Shown here: piece by piece, positions 1 through 9,100 of the stretch
How the letters are laid out: each line of letters begins with the position of its first letter
Numbering within the stretch: position 1 is the stretch's first letter
Origin: Blastocladiella emersonii ATCC 22665
Taxonomy: Eukaryota; Fungi; Blastocladiomycota
Assembly: GCA_025594325.1 (NCBI GenBank)
Contig: JANHCV010000013.1
Coordinates: forward strand, 124,001 to 188,000
DNA length: 64,000 bases
Reading direction: 5' to 3'
The notes under the pieces: generated by a model
The model's input: only the letters and a program-made list of their open reading frames with translations
The model's database searches: none
What the model was told of the DNA's origin: nothing
Translations under genes and position numbers: made by a program

Positions 1-182
1 TCATGGTACTCAAACATAATCATAGTCAAGTCTTCGAATATCCTCACGTCCACGTGGGCAAGGACCCAAAGCGCCAGGTATCCAAATCTACCCCGTTGTG
101 CACACTCTCCATTATCCAAGTCTGTCATCCTACAATTTTGGAACCCGTCGGCAAAGCTCACGGTCCAATCAACGAACAACAG

Positions 183-273
183 CCAACCTGCCAACCTGGC
201 TACCTACCTGCCTACCTGCCTAGCTGGCTATCTGCCTACCTGCAAACCTGCCAACCTGCCCTACCTGCTAACC
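183..273 (+). repeat. Degenerate 8-bp simple repeat (CCTGCCWA / CCTA-like)
   Basis: CCAACCTGCCAACCTGGCTACCTACCTGCCTACCTGCCTAGCTGGCTATCTGCCTACCTGCAAACCTGCCAACCTGCCCTACCTGCTAACC, read directly; present in every unit. Confidence 0.85.
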
Positions 274-361
274 AAACACACACACCGCCTCGCAAGTCCT
301 TGTGGGCCCGCGCTCTCTGGTTGCCGTCCCAGCCAACAAAGGAATGAATGATGAGCCCTGG

Positions 362-409
362 CAGCCTGGCAGCCTGCCACACTGACAGCCTGGCAGCCTG
401 CCACACTGA
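362..409 (+). repeat. 24-bp direct tandem duplication (CAGCCTGGCAGCCTGCCACACTGA x2)
   Basis: Exact copies at 362-385 and 386-409, built from 8-bp CAGCCTG-like subunits. Only one copy remains in unit 21 (62842-62865). Confidence 0.95.
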
Positions 410-721
410 CAGCCTGACAGCGCCCACCCAGTAGTTATTAGCTACCTCGTATGTCGTCTGAGAGGGGTTCAGCAGTCAATATACGACTGGTCTCCTCCTG
501 GCTGGCAGCTCTGCTGTCCACTCCAAGTCCTGCATGATGATGGGCCAAGGAGGGTTACGAGCAGCTCCTCTGTCTATCCGCGTGAAACCACTCACCCGCT
601 GACGGATGTACACCACGCACCGTGCAGCGCGCACAGCGCACAGCGCCCAACGCACCACGCGCTGCGCACACGGCGCAAACGGCCACCCTGGTGACACGCA
701 CACTCGCATGAACGGCAGGCA

Positions 722-881
722 TGCAAGGCGTCCTGAACTCAACGATGATATATCGTCTAGGTCTGCTCGCTCCAACGGGTGCGCCTGCCTGCCCTCCCTG
801 TGCCATGGATTGATTGATTCATGTCCAGTGCTGCCCCCATGCTTGCTTTCATGGCCGCGGGGTCCGTCAGGACGCCTTGCA
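722..881. repeat. 15-bp perfect inverted repeat with 130-bp spacer
   Basis: TGCAAGGCGTCCTGA (722-736) is the exact reverse complement of TCAGGACGCCTTGCA (867-881); present in every unit. Confidence 0.92.
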
Positions 882-1186
882 ATGGGTGCGCCAACCCCTG
901 TTGCCAGCCATGTGGCAAGAAACACCGCAGCACCTGCGTCGCCCTGGCCACCGTACCTTGCAAACAGCGTAGCAGCCGTACTGCTTCAGAGGGCTGCAGA
1001 GGGCTGGCTGCGGAGGGCTGAGGCGGCAGGGCTCCTCCTGCAGGAGACAGTGCTGGGGCCAAGGAGTTAGTGCTAGGGACTACTAACTGAATGGTGAATG
1101 ACCCACACACCACATGCTCCTGGCAGGAGTGCGTGTGGGCGCGTGGGCCTGTGTCCGTGCGTGCCTGGATTAGTCCTCCATCACAA

Positions 1187-1236
1187 GTGACCAAGGTGAC
1201 CAAGGTGACCAAGGTGACCAAGGTGACCAAGGTGAC
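1187..1236 (+). repeat. 9-bp minisatellite (GTGACCAAG) x5.5
   Basis: Perfect copies start at 1187, 1196, 1205, 1214, 1223, followed by GTGAC. This gives the VTK repeat in the ORF track. Copy number is the same in all 21 units. Confidence 0.97.
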
Positions 1237-1370
1237 ATGCAAGCACCAAGTTAGAGCGGCGGGGCAGCCATGGAAAGAAGGGCACAGGTACAAACTACCG
1301 TACCCTGGCCGCGGCCACTTGTCGCAGAACAGCCCTGCATGGCTCAGGACGCGGCGGGCGTTGGAGACAG

Positions 1371-1401
1371 GGTAGGTAGGTAGGTAGCAGCAGCAGCAGC
1401 A
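1371..1401 (+). repeat. Compound microsatellite (GGTA)4-(CAG)4
   Basis: GGTAGGTAGGTAGGTAGCAGCAGCAGCAGCA read directly; invariant across units. Confidence 0.9.
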
Positions 1402-1520
1402 AGGAGCAGGACCTGGCTGGCAAACAACACAAGTGAAGGCGTGCGTGATGGAGTGAGAGAGTGTTGAATGAATGGATGGGTGGATGCGATGCAGACCAGC
1501 ATACGTGTCGTGCGTCGTCC

Positions 1521-1548
1521 GGATTGGTCGGCGACCACCCGCCAATCC
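1521..1548. other. Potential stem-loop (7-bp + 3-bp stem, 1-nt bulge, 7-nt loop)
   Basis: GGATTGG-T-CGG-CGACCAC-CCG-CCAATCC. Function unknown. Confidence 0.55.
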
Positions 1549-1807
1549 TGCGGCATGGCTGTGGGGGCGGCAGTGGTGGTAGTGGAGCTAGAGTGGTGTC
1601 GTGGGGCTGGTGGGGTCCCCTCTCCTTCCTGTCTCGCCTAGGTGGGTGGGCGGACGTAGCGCGCATGCGGGCGGGCAAGGTAGGAACGTTGTTCAAGCAA
1701 TGGATCATGTACTTTATGGCATGTGATCTGCAAGACAGGGAGGGGGAGCGACTGTGTCTAATTTTGACCGAGGGACCTTGCTGCAGCCAACGTCTGGCCC
1801 AATCCGA

Positions 1808-3192
1808 CCCTCCACAAATCGCAACATGCACGAAACAAATTAGCTGACGTTTGGGATGTACCAAACCAGCCACGTAGATAACTTTCATGGTACTCAAACA
1901 AGACCATACTCAAATCTTTGACTTCCTGCATGTCCAGCTAGCCAGGCTTCTGTAAATCACATTGATGACGCAACAAAATATCTGGCCATAAGAATATTGT
2001 AAACCAGCCACTCTGGCAATTGTCATGGCACTCAAACAAAACCATATTCAAATCTTCGACTTCCCGCATGCCCATGTGGGCAAGGACCTATAAATCACAG
2101 TATCGAACCAACAAAATATCTGACCATAGAAACATAGTATACCAGCCACGAGGACAATTGTCATGGTACTCAAACAAAACCATATTCAAATCTTTGACTA
2201 TTCACATGTCTAGCTGGTTGGCGACCCATAAATCGTAACATTGGAGCAACAAAATATCTGACCACGGAAATACAGTAAACAAGCCCCGGAGATAATTGTC
2301 ATGGTTCTCAAACAAAACCATATTCAGATCTTTGAATACCCCATGTCCAGGTGGTTGGGGGCCCAGAAATCGTAACATCGAACCAACAAAATATTTGACC
2401 ATAGAAATATACTAAACCAGCCACGTACGTAATTGTCGCGTTACTTAAACAAAACCATACTCAAAACTTTGACTTCCCGCATGTTCACCTAGCCAGGTAC
2501 CCATAAATCACAGTATCGAGCCAACAAAAGATCTGACAATGGAAATATAGTAAACCGGCCGCGGAGAGAATTCTCATGGTACTCAAATGAAACCATACTC
2601 AAATCTATGACTTCCCACATGTCCAGCTGGTTGAGGACCCATAAATCGTAACGTCAAAGCAACAATGTATCTGACCATGGGAATATAGTAAACGAGCCCC
2701 GGAGATAATTGTCATGGTACGCAAACAAAACCATACTCAAGTCTATGCCTTCCCACATGTCCAGCTGGTTGGGGATCCATAAATCCCAGTATCGAACCAA
2801 CAAGATATCTGACCATTGGACTATATGTAACCGATCCCGTAGGTAATTGTCATGATACCCAAACAAAACCATATTCAAATCTTTCACATCCCGCATGTCC
2901 AGCTAGCCAGGGACCCATAAATCACAGTATCCAACCAACAAAGTATCTGACCAAAGAAAGATCATAAACCAGCCACGCAGATAATTGTCATGGTATTCAA
3001 ACAAAACCATACTCAAATCTTCGAATACCCGATGTCCAGGTGGGCAAGGGCCTATACATCACAGTGTTGAACCAACAAAGTATCTGACGATCGGGATGTA
3101 TCAAACCGGCCATGCTGATAATTGTCATGGTACTCAAACATAATCATAGTCAAGTCTTCGAATATCCTCACGTCCACGTGGGCAAGGACCCA
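1808..3192. repeat. Internal satellite array of about 10 diverged 138-bp monomers, present in every 3,124-bp unit
   Basis: The TCATGG anchor occurs at 1885, 2023, 2161, 2299, 2436, 2574, 2712, 2850, 2988, 3125 (spacing 138, twice 137), with a half monomer at about 1813-1884. Approximate consensus: TCATGGTACTCAAACAAAACCATACTCAAATCTTTGACTTCCCGCATGTCCAGCTGGTTGGGGACCCATAAATCACAGTATCGAACCAACAAAATATCTGACCATAGAAATATAGTAAACCAGCCACGGAGATAATTG. The same array recurs at 4932-6316, 8056-9440, 11180-12564 and so on every 3124 bp to 61164-62548; a partial copy is at 1-68. Confidence 0.97.
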
Positions 3193-6100
3193 AAGCGCCA
3201 GGTATCCAAATCTACCCCGTTGTGCACACTCTCCATTATCCAAGTCTGTCATCCTACAATTTTGGAACCCGTCGGCAAAGCTCACGGTCCAATCAACGAA
3301 CAACAGCCAACCTGCCAACCTGGCTACCTACCTGCCTACCTGCCTAGCTGGCTATCTGCCTACCTGCAAACCTGCCAACCTGCCCTACCTGCTAACCAAA
3401 CACACACACCGCCTCGCAAGTCCTTGTGGGCCCGCGCTCTCTGGTTGCCGTCCCAGCCAACAAAGGAATGAATGATGAGCCCTGGCAGCCTGGCAGCCTG
3501 CCACACTGACAGCCTGGCAGCCTGCCACACTGACAGCCTGACAGCGCCCACCCAGTAGTTATTAGCTACCTCGTATGTCGTCTGAGAGGGGTTCAGCAGT
3601 CAATATACGACTGGTCTCCTCCTGGCTGGCAGCTCTGCTGTCCACTCCAAGTCCTGCATGATGATGGGCCAAGGAGGGTTACGAGCAGCTCCTCTGTCTA
3701 TCCGCGTGAAACCACTCACCCGCTGACGGATGTACACCACGCACCGTGCAGCGCGCACAGCGCACAGCGCCCAACGCACCACGCGCTGCGCACACGGCGC
3801 AAACGGCCACCCTGGTGACACGCACACTCGCATGAACGGCAGGCATGCAAGGCGTCCTGAACTCAACGATGATATATCGTCTAGGTCTGCTCGCTCCAAC
3901 GGGTGCGCCTGCCTGCCCTCCCTGTGCCATGGATTGATTGATTCATGTCCAGTGCTGCCCCCATGCTTGCTTTCATGGCCGCGGGGTCCGTCAGGACGCC
4001 TTGCAATGGGTGCGCCAACCCCTGTTGCCAGCCATGTGGCAAGAAACACCGCAGCACCTGCGTCGCCCTGGCCACCGTACCTTGCAAACAGCGTAGCAGC
4101 CGTACTGCTTCAGAGGGCTGCAGAGGGCTGGCTGCGGAGGGCTGAGGCGGCAGGGCTCCTCCTGCAGGAGACAGTGCTGGGGCCAAGGAGTTAGTGCTAG
4201 GGACTACTAACTGAATGGTGAATGACCCACACACCACATGCTCCTGGCAGGAGTGCGTGTGGGCGCGTGGGCCTGTGTCCGTGCGTGCCTGGATTAGTCC
4301 TCCATCACAAGTGACCAAGGTGACCAAGGTGACCAAGGTGACCAAGGTGACCAAGGTGACATGCAAGCACCAAGTTAGAGCGGCGGGGCAGCCATGGAAA
4401 GAAGGGCACAGGTACAAACTACCGTACCCTGGCCGCGGCCACTTGTCGCAGAACAGCCCTGCATGGCTCAGGACGCGGCGGGCGTTGGAGACAGGGTAGG
4501 TAGGTAGGTAGCAGCAGCAGCAGCAAGGAGCAGGACCTGGCTGGCAAACAACACAAGTGAAGGCGTGCGTGATGGAGTGAGAGAGTGTTGAATGAATGGA
4601 TGGGTGGATGCGATGCAGACCAGCATACGTGTCGTGCGTCGTCCGGATTGGTCGGCGACCACCCGCCAATCCTGCGGCATGGCTGTGGGGGCGGCAGTGG
4701 TGGTAGTGGAGCTAGAGTGGTGTCGTGGGGCTGGTGGGGTCCCCTCTCCTTCCTGTCTCGCCTAGGTGGGTGGGCGGACGTAGCGCGCATGCGGGCGGGC
4801 AAGGTAGGAACGTTGTTCAAGCAATGGATCATGTACTTTATGGCATGTGATCTGCAAGACAGGGAGGGGGAGCGACTGTGTCTAATTTTGACCGAGGGAC
4901 CTTGCTGCAGCCAACGTCTGGCCCAATCCGACCCTCCACAAATCGCAACATGCACGAAACAAATTAGCTGACGTTTGGGATGTACCAAACCAGCCACGTA
5001 GATAACTTTCATGGTACTCAAACAAGACCATACTCAAATCTTTGACTTCCTGCATGTCCAGCTAGCCAGGCTTCTGTAAATCACATTGATGACGCAACAA
5101 AATATCTGGCCATAAGAATATTGTAAACCAGCCACTCTGGCAATTGTCATGGCACTCAAACAAAACCATATTCAAATCTTCGACTTCCCGCATGCCCATG
5201 TGGGCAAGGACCTATAAATCACAGTATCGAACCAACAAAATATCTGACCATAGAAACATAGTATACCAGCCACGAGGACAATTGTCATGGTACTCAAACA
5301 AAACCATATTCAAATCTTTGACTATTCACATGTCTAGCTGGTTGGCGACCCATAAATCGTAACATTGGAGCAACAAAATATCTGACCACGGAAATACAGT
5401 AAACAAGCCCCGGAGATAATTGTCATGGTTCTCAAACAAAACCATATTCAGATCTTTGAATACCCCATGTCCAGGTGGTTGGGGGCCCAGAAATCGTAAC
5501 ATCGAACCAACAAAATATTTGACCATAGAAATATACTAAACCAGCCACGTACGTAATTGTCGCGTTACTTAAACAAAACCATACTCAAAACTTTGACTTC
5601 CCGCATGTTCACCTAGCCAGGTACCCATAAATCACAGTATCGAGCCAACAAAAGATCTGACAATGGAAATATAGTAAACCGGCCGCGGAGAGAATTCTCA
5701 TGGTACTCAAATGAAACCATACTCAAATCTATGACTTCCCACATGTCCAGCTGGTTGAGGACCCATAAATCGTAACGTCAAAGCAACAATGTATCTGACC
5801 ATGGGAATATAGTAAACGAGCCCCGGAGATAATTGTCATGGTACGCAAACAAAACCATACTCAAGTCTATGCCTTCCCACATGTCCAGCTGGTTGGGGAT
5901 CCATAAATCCCAGTATCGAACCAACAAGATATCTGACCATTGGACTATATGTAACCGATCCCGTAGGTAATTGTCATGATACCCAAACAAAACCATATTC
6001 AAATCTTTCACATCCCGCATGTCCAGCTAGCCAGGGACCCATAAATCACAGTATCCAACCAACAAAGTATCTGACCAAAGAAAGATCATAAACCAGCCAC

Positions 6101-9100
6101 GCAGATAATTGTCATGGTATTCAAACAAAACCATACTCAAATCTTCGAATACCCGATGTCCAGGTGGGCAAGGGCCTATACATCACAGTGTTGAACCAAC
6201 AAAGTATCTGACGATCGGGATGTATCAAACCGGCCATGCTGATAATTGTCATGGTACTCAAACATAATCATAGTCAAGTCTTCGAATATCCTCACGTCCA
6301 CGTGGGCAAGGACCCAAAGCGCCAGGTATCCAAATCTACCCCGTTGTGCACACTCTCCATTATCCAAGTCTGTCATCCTACAATTTTGGAACCCGTCGGC
6401 AAAGCTCACGGTCCAATCAACGAACAACAGCCAACCTGCCAACCTGGCTACCTACCTGCCTACCTGCCTAGCTGGCTATCTGCCTACCTGCAAACCTGCC
6501 AACCTGCCCTACCTGCTAACCAAACACACACACCGCCTCGCAAGTCCTTGTGGGCCCGCGCTCTCTGGTTGCCGTCCCAGCCAACAAAGGAATGAATGAT
6601 GAGCCCTGGCAGCCTGGCAGCCTGCCACACTGACAGCCTGGCAGCCTGCCACACTGACAGCCTGACAGCGCCCACCCAGTAGTTATTAGCTACCTCGTAT
6701 GTCGTCTGAGAGGGGTTCAGCAGTCAATATACGACTGGTCTCCTCCTGGCTGGCAGCTCTGCTGTCCACTCCAAGTCCTGCATGATGATGGGCCAAGGAG
6801 GGTTACGAGCAGCTCCTCTGTCTATCCGCGTGAAACCACTCACCCGCTGACGGATGTACACCACGCACCGTGCAGCGCGCACAGCGCACAGCGCCCAACG
6901 CACCACGCGCTGCGCACACGGCGCAAACGGCCACCCTGGTGACACGCACACTCGCATGAACGGCAGGCATGCAAGGCGTCCTGAACTCAACGATGATATA
7001 TCGTCTAGGTCTGCTCGCTCCAACGGGTGCGCCTGCCTGCCCTCCCTGTGCCATGGATTGATTGATTCATGTCCAGTGCTGCCCCCATGCTTGCTTTCAT
7101 GGCCGCGGGGTCCGTCAGGACGCCTTGCAATGGGTGCGCCAACCCCTGTTGCCAGCCATGTGGCAAGAAACACCGCAGCACCTGCGTCGCCCTGGCCACC
7201 GTACCTTGCAAACAGCGTAGCAGCCGTACTGCTTCAGAGGGCTGCAGAGGGCTGGCTGCGGAGGGCTGAGGCGGCAGGGCTCCTCCTGCAGGAGACAGTG
7301 CTGGGGCCAAGGAGTTAGTGCTAGGGACTACTAACTGAATGGTGAATGACCCACACACCACATGCTCCTGGCAGGAGTGCGTGTGGGCGCGTGGGCCTGT
7401 GTCCGTGCGTGCCTGGATTAGTCCTCCATCACAAGTGACCAAGGTGACCAAGGTGACCAAGGTGACCAAGGTGACCAAGGTGACATGCAAGCACCAAGTT
7501 AGAGCGGCGGGGCAGCCATGGAAAGAAGGGCACAGGTACAAACTACCGTACCCTGGCCGCGGCCACTAGTCGCAGAACAGCCCTGCATGGCTCAGGACGC
7601 GGCGGGCGTTGGAGACAGGGTAGGTAGGTAGGTAGCAGCAGCAGCAGCAAGGAGCAGGACCTGGCTGGCAAACAACACAAGTGAAGGCGTGCGTGATGGA
7701 GTGAGAGAGTGTTGAATGAATGGATGGGTGGATGCGATGCAGACCAGCATACGTGTCGTGCGTCGTCCGGATTGGTCGGCGACCACCCGCCAATCCTGCG
7801 GCATGGCTGTGGGGGCGGCAGTGGTGGTAGTGGAGCTAGAGTGGTGTCGTGGGGCTGGTGGGGTCCCCTCTCCTTCCTGTCTCGCCTAGGTGGGTGGGCG
7901 GACGTAGCGCGCATGCGGGCGGGCAAGGTAGGAACGTTGTTCAAGCAATGGATCATGTACTTTATGGCATGTGATCTGCAAGACAGGGAGGGGGAGCGAC
8001 TGTGTCTAATTTTGACCGAGGGACCTTGCTGCAGCCAACGTCTGGCCCAATCCGACCCTCCACAAATCGCAACATGCACGAAACAAATTAGCTGACGTTT
8101 GGGATGTACCAAACCAGCCACGTAGATAACTTTCATGGTACTCAAACAAGACCATACTCAAATCTTTGACTTCCTGCATGTCCAGCTAGCCAGGCTTCTG
8201 TAAATCACATTGATGACGCAACAAAATATCTGGCCATAAGAATATTGTAAACCAGCCACTCTGGCAATTGTCATGGCACTCAAACAAAACCATATTCAAA
8301 TCTTCGACTTCCCGCATGCCCATGTGGGCAAGGACCTATAAATCACAGTATCGAACCAACAAAATATCTGACCATAGAAACATAGTATACCAGCCACGAG
8401 GACAATTGTCATGGTACTCAAACAAAACCATATTCAAATCTTTGACTATTCACATGTCTAGCTGGTTGGCGACCCATAAATCGTAACATTGGAGCAACAA
8501 AATATCTGACCACGGAAATACAGTAAACAAGCCCCGGAGATAATTGTCATGGTTCTCAAACAAAACCATATTCAGATCTTTGAATACCCCATGTCCAGGT
8601 GGTTGGGGGCCCAGAAATCGTAACATCGAACCAACAAAATATTTGACCATAGAAATATACTAAACCAGCCACGTACGTAATTGTCGCGTTACTTAAACAA
8701 AACCATACTCAAAACTTTGACTTCCCGCATGTTCACCTAGCCAGGTACCCATAAATCACAGTATCGAGCCAACAAAAGATCTGACAATGGAAATATAGTA
8801 AACCGGCCGCGGAGAGAATTCTCATGGTACTCAAATGAAACCATACTCAAATCTATGACTTCCCACATGTCCAGCTGGTTGAGGACCCATAAATCGTAAC
8901 GTCAAAGCAACAATGTATCTGACCATGGGAATATAGTAAACGAGCCCCGGAGATAATTGTCATGGTACGCAAACAAAACCATACTCAAGTCTATGCCTTC
9001 CCACATGTCCAGCTGGTTGGGGATCCATAAATCCCAGTATCGAACCAACAAGATATCTGACCATTGGACTATATGTAACCGATCCCGTAGGTAATTGTCA

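Larger units (their letters stand above)
69..1807. other. GC-rich non-satellite block (about 1.74 kb) of each unit; unidentified, possibly an inserted non-autonomous element or captured genomic fragment
   Basis: Composition changes sharply against the 138-bp array (about 60% versus about 40% GC by spot counts). It contains simple repeats and inverted repeats but no recognisable coding domain. It recurs every 3124 bp. Confidence 0.75.

Noticed and set aside
606-1070. 154-aa plus-strand ORF with a protein-like tail (SVAAVLLQRAAEGWLRRAEAAGLLLQE)
   Set aside because: No recognisable family and the N-terminal half is low-complexity GCAC-rich sequence. A spliced exon cannot be excluded without RNA data, but the sequence alone does not support it.
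901-1423. 10-bp inverted match TTGCCAGCCA (901-910) / TGGCTGGCAA (1414-1423) and CCTA versus TAGG tract complementarity
   Set aside because: Composed of words that are abundant in the local simple repeats, so likely chance.
757-1545. Longest ORF (262 aa, minus strand) and its copies
   Set aside because: It is built from translated simple repeats (VTL, CCCCC), has no recognisable domain, and overlaps similar ORFs in other frames as expected in GC-rich DNA. The T1320A variant, present in six units, shortens it and stops the overlapping 94-aa ORF.
134-1767. Sm-site-like AATTTTGG (134-141) and AATTTTGA (1760-1767), plus AAG|GTAGG at about 1677-1684
   Set aside because: Short motifs with no supporting snRNA or SL-RNA structure or leader sequence; compatible with chance.
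68-1812. Calling the GC-rich block a solo LTR, Helitron or TIR transposon
   Set aside because: No TG...CA ends, no terminal hairpin plus CTRR in the right position, no terminal inverted repeats and no transposase or RT coding. The junction GACCC match is 3 nt out of register, so the block is left unclassified.
2050-2070. CENP-B-box-like TTCG...CCCG in monomer 2
   Set aside because: Orientation and spacing do not match the CENP-B box (TTCG....A..CGGG).
1-3124. 5S rRNA, tRNA, spliced-leader or U snRNA tandem gene cluster
   Set aside because: I found no 5S, tRNA cloverleaf, U1/U2/U4/U5/U6 signature or known spliced-leader sequence on either strand. TTCGA motifs are satellite variants, and GTTCAAGCA (1691) fails the Pol III B-box consensus. 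An Infernal/Rfam search would be decisive.
1808-3192. CRISPR- or TIGR-like repeat/spacer guide array
   Set aside because: Variable segments are alignable diverged copies, not unrelated spacers; the period is 138 bp; and no cas or other effector ORF is present in the window.
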